The position numbers and the translations under genes are program-made. Source: Eledone cirrhosa (Eukaryota). From it: 64,000 nt of DNA. Under the pieces are notes generated by a model. That model was given only the letters and a program-made list of their open reading frames with translations, had not been told where the DNA came from and did no database searches. This document shows positions 12,365-26,500 of this stretch, piece after piece (the first letter of the stretch is position 1; every line of letters starts with the position of its first letter). The stretch covers positions 105,214,001-105,278,000 of the forward strand of contig OZ024740.1 of assembly GCA_964016885.1 (NCBI GenBank), given 5' to 3'.

Positions 12365-12530
12365 GTTGATGATGATGAGACACTTCAAATAGAGTTACAG
12401 GAGTACCATCCTAACATAGCATGGTTTAGGTGGATGATGATGATGGAATTATAGTGGCACCTTCCTAACACATTGCATGTTTTGGGTGGATGATGATGAG
12501 GCACTTCTGATGGAGTTATAGAGGCAGCTT
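12365..12530. repeat. Diverged ~60-bp tandem repeat (about 3 units); a short tandem duplication also lies at 12187-12246
   Basis: Recurrent ggtggatgatgatg...gagttatag.ggcac...cctaaca units; cctaggatcaatggcattacat occurs twice. Confidence 0.6.
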
Positions 12531-12689
12531 AACACACAAGATGTCTTAGACATTTTAAACCTGATGAAATTCATCTCTTACCAGGCTGGAACAACTGATT
12601 TTTTCCAGAGTAAAGAAGTGATAGAAGAATTAACCCCAGTACTGAACTGGTACATTTTATTTTTATTGACTTTAGAAGAAGGGAGGTAG

Positions 12690-13035
12690 GCGTAAAAGCC
12701 ATACTCGCTATCTTCAATTCAGTTTTCATGCCAACCCTTACCTATGGTCATGAATCTTGGGTAAGAGCTGCTACTACTCCGAATTGAGAGATCACAGCTC
12801 CGATACTATGAGCATGTGATTAGAATGTCTCAGGAAAGAATTGTCGGACAGATTATATGGGCAAAACGAATCAGCAGGAGACCAAGGGGTAGAACCCAAG
12901 CAAGATGGTTGGATAACATCCATGAGCTTGGCTGGTCTCACTTGGTGATCCAGTTGGAGATGGTTGCTTCTGACAGAACTCTTTGGAGGGAGTGTTTAAG
13001 GACTGCCCCCACATCCCTCTCAGGAATAAGTTGGT
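12690..13035 (+). mobile_element. Rex3/Expander-like RTE LINE fragment (region C-terminal to RT)
   Basis: Translates FNSVFMPTLTYGHESWV...RIERSQLRYYEHVIRMSQERIVGQIIWAKRISRRPRGRTQARWLDNI. Confidence 0.75.
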
Positions 13036-13214
13036 GAAGAAGAAGACCTCAAAAGAATGAAAGCCAAAGTTGGTCACAGGGTACAATGAACTGGAACAAA
13101 TACCAAGTCAATTTTAATCCAACACCCATTTTATCGCCCCCTCCCCAAAGTTACAGTGAGTGAGAGAGAAGAGGTGAGAAAGAGATATAGAGGCAGAATC
13201 TAGACTGCTACCTT

Positions 13215-13347
13215 TTTTTTTATCAGCCTCAAATGGATGAAAGATAAAGCTAATCTTGGCGGGATTTGAACTCAGAATGTGAAGGACTGTAACTATGCCA
13301 CAAAGCATGTTGTCCAATGCTTTATACCGATACTGCCAATCCACCAT
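13215..13347 (-). mobile_element. SINE family B, diverged partial copy
   Basis: ccgatactgccaatccacc head and ggcgggatttgaactc B-box, both in reverse. Confidence 0.7.
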
Positions 13348-13682
13348 TATCAAATCCGCATATAATAATGATAACTCCTGATCTCAGAAATTCAGACAAA
13401 ATACATACATTGCTAATGAAATATTACAATGTAGTTTCACACACATACAGTTACAGCCATTCATTTCATTAAGCTAAATGAACTGATTAAAAACAAATAA
13501 GGAAAACAAATATTTCTTAATTGTTAATTGACGAGAAGAGAGTAATGCGACTGATGTGTGCAATACATGTAACTAGTGAGAAATAACTTTACATTTCATC
13601 AATATATATAGGTGTTTAGGTATAGGTATGGCTGTGTAGGTAAGGAATTTATTTTGCAACCATGTGGTTTCAAGCTCAGTCC

Positions 13683-14490
13683 CAACTGGAGTGAGGTGAT
13701 GAATAGGGTGTTTGCACTGACCCAGAAGTGGGCCGAGTGCAAACTATCCCTGAAAGGTCGGGCGGAGGTGGCGAACGCTTACATAGCGTCCGCCATCTAT
13801 TACCGCTTGACTGTCGTGCCTTGCCCGGGTGAGATCCTCGCCAAAATGGAGCGCGCTCTTTCACTTCCTTTGGAAGAAGAGGTCTCCTCTGGTGAGGAGA
13901 TCCATCTGCTGTCAACACCCTTTGAAAGGAGGGCTGGGATGCCCTGGCTAAAAATGCGTAAACACGCATTGAGGCTACGGCACCTCCAGGTATTCCTCAC
14001 CAGTCAACCAGTGTGGGCCCCGTTTGTGAGGCGAGCCTTCCTGAGGCTCGTCTCGCTCACCGAGCTGCAGTCCTGGTTCTGGGCGACTGGCACACCGAGT
14101 GTGCCCAGGCGCTCACGGCTCTCTGGCAGGCAGACCCGGCTATCGGTGGAGACTCCACCTCGTCATTCTATAGAGGGCTGGTAGTTAGCAGGTGCAACGA
14201 CGCCCTCGGAGAAACCCTAGGCATGGAGGAGGACAAACTGGCCAGCCTATTCGGTAGGACTTTCGGTCTGGGACCTATGGACAACTTCCATAAGTCCTTG
14301 GCCTGGCAGTGCTACCGAGGGGCTCTGTCCATTCGGGATAAGCTCTACAGATAAGCTCTACCTATTGAGGACCTTTTTGTTATAATTTTATTTATTACAT
14401 TTTTTTTACTCGATTTCTATGTAAACTACCCCCCCCCCCCCCATGTATGTGTCCCTTTCTTTTGTGCCCTCGTGGTAAATAAACAGAAAT
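13683..14490 (+). mobile_element. L1/Tx1-clade fragment (post-RT region) with an internal deletion joined to the 3' UTR
   Basis: NWSEVMNRV...WAECKLSLKGRAEVANAYIASAIYYRL (L1/Tx1 LSxxGR motif), with frameshifts, up to AWQCYRGALSIRDKL. It then jumps to a 3' UTR similar to 507-626, with AATAAA. Confidence 0.8.
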
Positions 14491-15621
14491 CTGTGTCTGT
14501 GTGCGCATGCATGTTTACTGCTTTGTTTATTTCCTGTAATTTAGTGGTTTGACGAATAAAGATAGATTAAGTAGAGGGGTCAATATGATTGACTAAATTC
14601 CTTGAAGGCAGTGCGTTAGCATTGTCAGTGTCTAATGACTAAAATTTGTAAAAGAATAATACACTACATTGGTTTATTAAAGAGGTACAGAAATCTTCCT
14701 ACAGTAAAAGGTTTCACTTTCATATTCAAACATACTTAATGTTGACTGAATATAGCTAACTGAAACTTTCCAGTCTTACCATGTGGCCTAGATAGTAGTG
14801 ATCATGGTGTTAGAAATACATAATATGCCAATATTGCCTCTTTCAGCAGCACAAATGCACAATCATGATATCAGGAAAATGCTGCTTCTACATACATAAA
14901 TAGCTTGCAGCTTGAACCTTCAAGATCACTATAAATGCTAAGCCTCACCTGGTAAATACAAATCCTCAATATAGTAAAGATTACATAAAGGCTGGCATTT
15001 CTCTTTGAAGCCAGAAAATACATCAGCTCCCACAATTACTAACCTTTTACAAAGCTCAGGTGAGCCCCAAATAGAGTAATGTGTCCACATTTCGGATAAT
15101 GTTACTGCTGCTGCTGCTACACACACACACACACCCAAAGAAAGGTTGCTTGATTGTTTGGCCTGAAATTGCTCACCAAACATTCCAGACTTGTCTCCTT
15201 GCTTTCTCAACTACCACCACCACTACTACTATCACTACAGTAGTCTGTTTCTTGGAGATGGTTGATTTGTAACTCATTTCTCCTATCATCACTCATATTG
15301 TGTCTGCCTGAGTCAGTTCTCATGAGTTACAACCCTCCTAGACAGGTCAGACGGCTTGCTTGTATGTTCCATTTTTGTCATGGCTTCTATTGCTGGATGC
15401 CCTTCCTAACAACCTCTTTAGAGAAATGTACTGGATGAATTTATTGTGGCATCAACACTAGTGAGGTTATGTCCTCAGCAAGTTTATATAGTTTTCTCCA
15501 AAGTAAGTAAATAAGTAAAAGTAAAAAAATAAACAGAAGGTGTGTTTGGCCAGTGTGCAACATGGGATTTAGAAAATGTTGAATACAGTTTACTGTGCAA
15601 TATTTTCTAATATTATTGCTT

Positions 15622-15714
15622 GGTTGACTTTGCCTTTCATCCTTACGGGGTCGATAAAATAAAGTACCAGTAATGTACTGGGTAATTGCTGGCCTTGTGC
15701 CTAAAGTAGAAACA
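15622..15714 (+). mobile_element. 5'-truncated SINE family B copy with a 10-bp TSD
   Basis: TSD ATTATTGCTT at 15612-15621 and 15715-15724. Confidence 0.85.
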
Positions 15715-16514
15715 ATTATTGCTTAGCTAATTGGTTTTGACAAGCAATTATTGTCAGAATAAGAAACATTCATCTAGTCCTATATATTTTAATCTGGTGC
15801 TAACACGAATTGATAATCATTTCAAACAACCTGAATATTTAGTATTTTGAGGTTGATAAAAAAAAGTACCAGTCTAGTACTTGGGTCAATTCTTCAGCTA
15901 TATCTCTTTCTCACTTTCTATCCTTCTCTGGAAGAAGTCTGCTGTACTCAGGCCTGGAGAGATGGGTTGCAGCAGGCTTAAGATGCCCAAGAATTGGCAT
16001 ATGCCAATATGGTGCCCCTACAAATTTATCAGGAATTACAGGATCATACCATGCCAAGTATTAACCAGGAAGAAAAATAGAGCATATATTGTAAATATTT
16101 TGCAGATTCTTTTAGCAATGACAGCTAAGGACATAGTTGAGTGCTGATGGCATCCACTCCTCCTCCACCACCACAGACAGCATCACTACAGAATTAACCA
16201 TGACTACAACAGCATAAACCCAATTTCACTAACATAGGTGTCCTAAGGCTATGTTAAAAGATACTTGTCTAAGACGCAAGCAACAACAAAAAAAAAGATT
16301 TTTCATGTTAACATGGATCGATTGGGTTTTCACGACCCGAGTCAGTTATTTGGAGTTACTGCCATCCTAGATGGGTCTGAGGACAATATCTTGCTTTATA
16401 TGTCATTTTTGGCATTGTTTCTATGGTTGGATATTTTCCCTAACACCAATCTCTAAAGTATACAGGTTTACCATCCTTCATTACACTAGTGGCATCATAT
16501 GACATGGTGCAGTG

Positions 16515-16835
16515 AAGAGAGGAGAGCAGTGCGAGAGAGGAGAGCAGTGCGAGAGAGGAGAGCAGTGCGAGAGAGGAGAGCAGTGCGAGAGAGGAGAGCA
16601 GGGCGAGATAGGAGAGCAGGGCGAGAGAGGAGAGCAGGGCGAGAGAGGAGAGTGGTGAGAGAGGAGAGCAGGGCGAGAGAGGAGAGCAGGGCGAGAGAGG
16701 AGAGTGGCGAGAGAGGAGAGTGGCGAGAGAAGAGCAGCGAGAGAGGTGGAGCAAGAGAAGAGCGGAGAGAAGCAGCAAGAAAAGAGAGTAGAGAGACGGG
16801 GCGAGAGAAGAGAGGGGAAAGGGGGAGAGGAGAAA
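16515..16835. repeat. 18-bp GA-rich minisatellite (GAGAGGAGAGCAG[T/G]GCGA)n decaying into a GA tract
   Basis: Seen directly. Confidence 0.95.
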
Positions 16836-16889
16836 GTTGACTTGAGGATAAATTATGCAAAAAGAGACCCAACATCAGCTTAACACTCA

Positions 16890-17385
16890 TTTCCCAAAGT
16901 TGACATAAGTTCACTCCAGCACCATGAGTCATCAACCATTGTCACATATCTTTCAACATTTCCTTTCACAGGTTCCATCCACTTTAAGTACCATGCAACT
17001 CCTTATACAGTTCTCATTCACCATATGCATCACATACCTGAACCAACCAGTTTTCTCTCTTGCAAACTACAGCTAATTACTTTTATGTCCACTTGTTCTC
17101 TCGTGCTCCGTTGTTCATGTGCACTAACATTACATATCCACTGGGGCATACTCACTTCATTTCTTTCTAGTCACTGCAAATATCTGCAATCAAGGGCCAT
17201 GTTTCATTACCATACAGTGTCACAGTTGGAACACAAGGATCATACAATCTGCTCTTCTCTCAAAGATACCTTTTCATCTCTTTCAGCAGAGGTAAAAGCT
17301 CTCTGAACTTTTTACAACCTGTTCTAACTCTGGCTACTATACATTTAGAACATCCACATCCACTGTTAATTTGGATTAAATAACA
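16890..17385 (-). mobile_element. Old RTE LINE fragment (region C-terminal to RT)
   Basis: [26 protein letters not shown] corresponds to [26 protein letters not shown] in the LINE ORF ending at 48169. Confidence 0.75.
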
Positions 17386-17779
17386 AGAACTATAAACTAC
17401 TTGTATACTCATATCATCATCATTTAAGTCCGCTTTCCCTGCTAGCAAAGGTTGGACAAGTCTACATAGACCAAGTCAGTACTGAAGCAGGGCTGCTGAC
17501 CTCGCAGACAAGCTGAGGTGTCTGTATCCCACTTACATATGGTCATATCAAGTGTAGAGGAAAAGTGTCTTTTGAAAGAAACTAAAGGGTGTACCTAACA
17601 CCTTGTTTGGCAAGCTTTCTACAGCTAGCTACCATTCCTAACACCAACCACTTTACTGTGTACTGGGTGCTTTTATTCTGTACATCACCAGCTCTAGGGA
17701 GGCTGTTATATCTTTGACAAGTAAACTAAAGGGTCCTCCCAAACATTAGTTTGGCATGCCCTTTCAACCACCAACCACT

Positions 17780-17789
17780 AGAGCGAGAC

Positions 17790-17822
<33 letters not shown>

Positions 17823-18066
17823 GAGAGAAAGAGAGAAAAAGAGAGAAAGAAAGAGAGAAAGAAAAAGAGAAATAGAGAGAGAGAAAGAAAGAGAAATAGA
17901 GAGAGAGAAAGAAAGAGAAATAGAGAGAGAGAAAGAAAGAGAAAGAAAGAAAGAAAGAGAAAGAAAGAGAAAAAGAAAGAGAAAGAAAGAGAAAAAGAAA
18001 GAGAGAGAAAGAAAGAGAAAAAGAAAGAGAAAGAAAAAGAGAAAGAAAGAGGGAGAAAGAAAGAGA
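17780..18066. repeat. GA/GAAA purine-rich tract
   Basis: Seen directly. Confidence 0.95.
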
Positions 18067-18454
18067 ATGAATCCAATGGTTCAGACAGAAATGACAGTCA
18101 TGTTTCTCAAATGAAATAAAATATAAAGGTAGGTTTAGTTAAAGACTCATTTAAGTAAGATTCCAATATATGGAAGTGAATCCTTATAGTTACCAGGCTT
18201 AAAACGAAAAGTTTTAATTTTATTTAAAGTTAACTTCCATTTGTTTCATAAGACACATAAATAAAATTATGAGATCCCTCTATATCTATGCTTCTATCCA
18301 CATACAAATTCACACACATGCATATATACACAGACATATATGTATGTGTGATGCTAGCTAAAGAGTCTTATACAGAATCTATGTCAGCTGGGCAGTAGGG
18401 GAGTAACATCAAAACTTGCCCAAGACATCACACTTTGAACAAATGATTACAAAT

Positions 18455-18931
18455 GAGTGTGACATTTTAGTCCAGCCAGCGACTTGAAAACTCTGGTACA
18501 GATACTACACTTGTGACAATTATTGACACAGTGCTGGGCCCATGGTACCATGTGACGACAAGTGCAGAGATATCTCCAGATATAAAGCAATGCCTATGCC
18601 GTGAAGCTTTTATAGTGAGCAAAGGCACTGCACAAAGCCAGTCCCACTCTCTTAACTAAGATGATATTTACCAAAAAGAAGAATAAGTCAACAGAGTTTT
18701 CCTTCTCCTAGAATTCTGCCTTGACAAAGGCTAAGGGGTCATCTCTCCCATTGACTCTTAAGAGCTCCTTTGCCCTTTGACAGGTTTTGTTTTTAGTCCT
18801 GCAGGATGTCCAAAGTCACCCTCCTCACCAAGAAACCTTGGTGGGGTTGCCAGTTTAGTCGCCAACGACCCGACCATGGGACAGGTTGTACTGGGATACA
18901 TGTAACCAGTAGCACCAACTGGTGACCTGAC
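18455..18931 (-). mobile_element. Non-autonomous RTE-derived element, copy 1 (no 3' hairpin, small internal deletions)
   Basis: Nearly identical to 33445-33973. Confidence 0.9.
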
Positions 18932-21468
18932 ATACATATATACATACATACATACATTATATATATTATATATATACATACATATATTATATATATACAT
19001 ACATATATTATATATATACATACATATATTATATATATACATACATATATTATATATATACATACATATATTATATATATACATACATATATTATATATA
19101 TACATACATATATTATATATATACATACATATATTATATATATACATACATATATTATATATATACATGCATATATTATATATATACATACATATATTAT
19201 ATATATATACATACATATATTATATATATATACATACATACATATATTATATATACATACATATATACATACATATATTATATATATATACATACATACA
19301 ATATACATACATACATACAATATATATATATACATACATACAATATATATATATACATACATACATACAATATACATACATACATACAATATATATATAT
19401 ACATACATACAATATATATATATACATACATACATACAATATATATATATACATACATACATACATACAATATATATATATACATACATACATACATACA
19501 ATATATATATATACATACATACATACATACAATATATATATATACATACATACATACATACAATATATATATATACATACATACATACATACAATATATA
19601 TATATACATACATACATACAATATATATATACATACATACATACATATATTATATACATACATACATACATATATTATATATATACATACATACATATAT
19701 TATATATATACATACATACATATATTATATATATACATACATACATATATTATATATATACATACATACATATATTATATATATACATACATACATATAT
19801 TATATATATACATACATACATATATTATATATATACATACATACATATATTATATATATACATACATACATATATTATATATATACATACATACATATAT
19901 TATATATATACATACATACATATATTATATATATACATACATACATATATTATATATATACATACATACATATATTATATATATACATACATATATTATA
20001 TATATACATACATACATATATTATATATATACATACATACATATATTATATATATACATACATACATATATTATATATATACATACATACATATATTATA
20101 TATATACATACATACATACATATATTATATATATACATACATACATACATATATTATATATATACATACATACATACATATATTATATACATACATACAT
20201 ACATATATTATATATATACATACATACATACATATATTATATATATACATACATACATACATATATTATATACATACATACATACATATATTATATACAT
20301 ACATACATACATATATTATATATATACATACATACATATATTATATATATACATACATACATATATTATATATATACATACATACATATATTATATATAT
20401 ACATACATACATATATTATATATATACATACATACATATATTATATATATACATACATACATATATTATATATATACATACATACATATATTATATATAT
20501 ACATACATACATATATTATATATATACATACATACATATATTATATATATACATACATACATATATTATATATATACATACATACATATATTATATATAT
20601 ACATACATACATATATTATATATATACATACATACATATATTATATATATACATACATACATATATTATATATATACATACATACATATATTATATATAT
20701 ACATACATACATATATTATATATATACATACATACATACATTATATATATACATACATACATACATTATATATATACATACATACATACATTATATATAT
20801 ACATACATACATACATTATATATATACATACATACATACATTATATATATACATACATACATACATTATATATATACATACATACATATATTATATATAT
20901 ACATACATACATATATTATATATATACATACATACATATATTATATATATACATACATACATATATTATATATATACATACATACATATATTATATATAT
21001 ACATACATACATATATTATATATATACATACATATATTATATATATACATACATATATTATATATATACATACATATATTATATATATACATACATATAT
21101 TATATATATACATACATATATTATATATATACATACATATATTATATACATACATACATATATTATATACATACATACATATATTATATATATACATACA
21201 TATATTATATATATATACATATATATATATATACATACATATATATATATATACATATATTATATATATACATACATATATTATATATATACATACATAT
21301 ATATATATATACATATATTATATATATACATATATTATATATATACATATATTATATATATACATATATTATATATATACATATATTATATATATACATA
21401 CATATATACATACATACATATATACATACATACATACATACATTATATACATACATATATTATATATA

Positions 21469-21501
<33 letters not shown>

Positions 21502-22210
21502 TATATACATACATATATTATATATATACATACATACATACATACATACATAATATACATACATACATACATATATTATATATATATACATACATACATA
21601 TTATATACATACATACATACATACATATTATATACATACATACATACATACATATATTATATACATACATACATACATACATATATTATATACATACATA
21701 CATACATACATATATTATATACATACATACATACATATATTATATACATACATACATACATATATTATATACATACATACATACATATATTATATACATA
21801 CATACATACATATATTATATACATACATACATACATATATTATATACATACATACATACATATATTATATACATACATACATACATATATTATATACATA
21901 CATACATACATATATTATATACATACATACATACATATATTATATACATACATACATACATATATTATATACATACATACATACATATATTATATACATA
22001 CATACATACATATATTATATACATACATACATACATATATTATATATATACATACATATATTATATATATACATACATACATACATATATTATATATATA
22101 TACATACATACATACATATATTATATATATATACATACATACATACATATATTATATATATATACATACATACATACATATATTATATATATACATACAT
22201 ATATAATATA
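18932..22210. repeat. ~3.3-kb compound (TACA)n/(TA)n array with a CATATATTATA signature
   Basis: Seen directly. Confidence 0.97.
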
Positions 22211-23460
22211 TAAGATCAAAAGATGGTTAAAGGAGTTCCATATATTTTATTATGCGCATTTCAAAAACAAACATCATCATGCAATAATATTTGTGTTTTC
22301 ATCAGATAAAACAGGAGGACATGATGTGAAGGCTAAAAAACACTTGTGGATAGTGCAGTTTTAAATCAACATATGAAAAGTAATTTTAGATTGATGTGTG
22401 ATATTGGGAAAAATATTTTATTTAGAGAGGGGTGGTGGAAAGGATGAAAAAAGGGGAGGAGATGAGAGTGAAGGTGGAGAGGGAGAGATGGGTGATAGAG
22501 AGAAAGAGATAGTTTTTATAACTGAGAAAAGATATATTGTTTTACATAGAGAGGTTGAAAACCGTTGGAAGATAATGTATAAATTAAAAGAATTTGAAAA
22601 TTAACGAAGGGAAAAATATGTACGAGGAAAAATATTTTATTTAGAGAGGGGGGGGTGGAAAGGATGAAAAAAGGGGAGGAGATGAGAGTGAAGGTGGAGA
22701 GGGAGAGATGGGTGATAGAGAGAAAGAGATAGTTTTTATAACCGAGAAAAGATATATTGTTTTACATAGAGAGGTTGAAAACCGTTGGAACATAATGTAT
22801 AAATTAAAAGAATTTGAAAATTAACGAAGGGAAAAAATATGTACGAGGAAGGAGAGGGAGTTAATATGTATTGAGATTAAAAAGTTTGATGATAGAGAGA
22901 AAAAATAATAATTGCGGATGAATATTCTAACGTCAAAAAAAGGGTGTATGTTTACAAGTATTATGGCAATTTCAAAATTAACGAAGAGAAAAAATTATTA
23001 AGGTTTGTGTATTGAAGGATTTGAGAAAAATAATGTGAAGTTAAGGTTTGTATATTGAAGGAATTGATAATATGTGCGAAGAAAAGAGTTAATATGTATT
23101 AAAAAATTATTAAGGTTTGTGTATTGAAGGATTTGAGAAAAATAATGTGAAGTTAAGGTTTGTATATTGAAGGAATTGATAATATGTGCGAAGAAAGAGT
23201 TAATATGTATTAAAAAATTATTAAGGTTTGTGTATTGAAGGATTTGAGAAAAATAATGTGAAGTTAAGGTTTGTATATTGAAGGAATTGATAATATGTGC
23301 GAAGAAAGAGTTAATATGTATTAAGAATGAGTTATTTGATGGGGAGAAAAAAATAATAATAAATTAAGGATGAATATTCAAGCGTCAAAAAAATGTGTAC
23401 GAAGAAGGAGAGGGAGTTAATATGTATTGAGATTAAATTGTACTACAATAAAACTCACCT
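22211..23460 (-). mobile_element. Hammerhead-bearing non-coding element (PLE pLTR / retrozyme-like) with internal tandem repeats
   Basis: Hammerhead at 22244-22312; ~220-bp unit x2 (22407-22849); ~111-bp unit x3 (22989-23325); bounded by microsatellites. Confidence 0.6.
22244..22312 (-). ncRNA. Type I hammerhead ribozyme
   Basis: Minus strand: GUUUUAU-CUGAUGA-AAACACAAAUAUU...GAUGUUUGUUUUU-GAAA-UGCGCA-UA|AUAAAAU. Stems I and II pair, stem III is the palindrome AUGCGCAU, and the triplet is AUA. Confidence 0.8.
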
Positions 23461-23486
23461 CATACATACATACATACATACATACA

Positions 23487-23515
<29 letters not shown>

Positions 23516-23517
<2 letters not shown>

Positions 23518-26500
23518 GGCGACCGTTGTGGTCAGTGTCCGATAATCGGACGTGTGTAATTACGGCTTACATGAAGGCAACATACCATATATTGGAAAAA
23601 GTTGAGCTACATTACGCGGTAAGATTACATACAATAATTCTACATAAGTGTTTGAACTGTAAGTGTGTTGTAAAACACCTATTTATATGAACGATACATA
23701 CACTTATGATATATGAACGATACATATACGTTAACATATAAATGCAACGTTGTTATATTACATTTATAAAGAAATATAAAAGTAACGTTTTCGATTCAGA
23801 AACAAAAATATAAGTGTTTGAACTGTGAATGTTGTGAATATGTTGTAGAACACCTATTTATATGAATGATACATAAACTTTAACATATAAATACAGCGTT
23901 GTTATATTATATTACATTCGTAAAGGAATATACTAAGTAACGGTTCTTTTTGTTCTCGATTCAAACGATTCAAGAACAACGTTTAAAACACAGTTGTAGA
24001 ATTAAAAACTAACTGAAAAGAAATACTACCCAAGCTGTGAATAACTTTAAATTTGATTCTGACAGAACTTTGTCGTAACTTTTAAAGAAGATCATCGACT
24101 ATTTAAAAAAAATAAATACAAAATATTAGTGAATAGACGAACTCATCATGGCAAAAAGTACAAGTCTCCTTCGACCAAATCGCAATTACAACCGTTGTAT
24201 ACAGTGGACCTACGAGCTTAACAAAGAATTATATGAAGCATACAAACAATCTGAACCCCAAAAGTTCGGTTTTATGCAAAGGCTAAAAACTTTATGGAAC
24301 TCCAAACACCCAGAATTAGACTTTTCTCCAAAGCATCTAAATGAACAGGCAAAACGTATCATTAGATGTAAATTGATACATCTAACGGAATCGAGTGATA
24401 CTACAAATACAGCCCTTGTAGACAACCACCCCACCTCCACTGACAGACAAAGAGAATGGCCAGCTAAATCTAACAGTGAACAGCTCACCAACAATTTTGC
24501 TGAAATCCATCCCACTTCCACTGAAGAACAGCGAGAAAGGTCAGCTGACTCTAGTAGTAATTGTCACCACATCAACAACGAGGCTGCAATTCATGACTCT
24601 ACTGAACAAACAGAGCACCAAAAACTTGTGGGCACCCTACAAGTGATATGGAACGATATGTTTCAAGAGATACACAGCCTTAATGTGAGTGACAGACCAT
24701 ACAACACTAGAGTCAGTAAAGAACCCACTAAATTGGAATTGGAAGCGGTGAACGAAATAGCTGGCAATTATCTGAAGGCTATACGATCTAAAGGTGTAGA
24801 AACGACATTTGAAACGCTCAATGTTTTGTTATATGTTTCAGCTGTCACATTGCTATCATATAACACACATCTAAAACCACGCAATCAAGATACAAACAGA
24901 AAGCCTGAACCAGCGTGGATGCGAAATTTAAAAACCAAAATTTTGTCCCTGAGACGAAGTATCTCACACATCGCAGTCGTTATGAAATGCAACATAGAGA
25001 GAAACTTCACACGACACCAGGAAGACCTAAAGGAAAAGTTAGAGAGACGATTTGGAGATACCAAATTTAAAACTTTGAACTCCAAATTACACCAGTTGAA
25101 ACAACAACTCACAGCTACAACAGAAAGACTAAAATATAAGTCAACAGCCCATAAACGACAAGTGCTAAATAGATTGTTTGCCAGAGATCCTAAATCAGTT
25201 TATCGCAGCTTCGGTGGCAAAAGCTCAATCCCTGTAAACGACACCCCTTCAAAAGAACAGGTTGAGAACTACTGGAGATCTGTATGGGAAACGGATGACG
25301 GATTCAACAGACAAGCTAATTGGCTAAAACAACTGGAACAGGACTACTGCCAACATGTCCAGACAAAACAATATGACATAGATGGGTCAATACTGGAAAC
25401 AGCTCTACAGAAAATGTCGAATAGGAAATCGCCAGGCCCAGACCTCATTACAGGATACTGGTTGAAGAATTTCACTTTCTATCGGCAAGATCTCATACGG
25501 CTGTTTACAGAAACCATTAAGGGCACACAAGAACTGCCCAGATGGTTATCAACTACCACTACTCTCCTCATTCCCCAAAATAGCCAAACCACCCTTGCTA
25601 AAAATTACCGCCCAATTGCCTGCCAAAACATCATGTATAAATTATATATTGGGTGCCTTAACCTGTTCTTACAGGATCACTGTGCTACCAACAACATCAT
25701 AACACCTGAGCAAGCTGGTGGAAAGAGGGAGGTGTGGGGTTGCATAGATCACCTACTAACTAACAAAATGATTCAGGAAAAAACAACAAATAATCGCAGA
25801 AACATGACTGTCGTGTGGCTGGACTATCAAAAAGCATTTGATAGTGTACCTCATGGGTGGATTATTAAGGCTTTACAGTTAGCTAAAGTCCCACAACCAT
25901 TAGTAGCTGCTGTTGAACGCCTGACCAAGAACTGGTACACCAATTTGATCCTTAGAGGTGAGAAGGAGCAGGTTAAGACTGATAGGATACATTACCAGAA
26001 GGGCATCTTTCAGGGTGATAGCTTGTCAGTACTACTCTTCGTTCTCTCACTGAATCCACTATCTTACCTACTCAGGAAACAAGGTGGACAAAGAAGTGGG
26101 CCCAGAAGTATCTCCCATCTTTTCTTTGTTGATGACCTGAAGTTGTATGGGCCAAATATCAATGACATCAAGAAACAATTGGACCTCATTACACAATTTT
26201 CAACCGACATCAAAATGAAATTTGGTGAGTCCAAGTGTGCATATTTGGCAGTAAAACGTGGAAGAGCTGTGCCCTCCTCTAGAAATCTAGATATGAACGG
26301 CCTGACAATACAACCTCTGCAGTCAGGTGACAACTACAGATATCTTGGACAGGATGAGAATGTCAGATATGATGGACCCATAAATAAGGAGAGAACCAGA
26401 ACTGAATACCTCAGAAGAGTAAAGAAAATATGGTCATCAGAACTGTCAGCATACAACAAATACATTGCCCACAATACTTATGCTGTGCCAATTCTAACGC

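Noticed and set aside
12561-12600. CTGATGA and CTGAAGA (42838) as further hammerhead cores
   Set aside because: No stem II closed by GAAA and no stem I/III pairing.
5986-18119. RE-rich or SL-rich ORFs at 6.0-6.5, 16.4-16.9 and 17.7-18.1 kb
   Set aside because: Translations of GA-rich simple repeats.
23516-23600. HDV-like ribozyme at the Dong 5' end
   Set aside because: Only simple hairpins are visible (gacc/ggtc, gtccga/tcggac), with no nested double pseudoknot.
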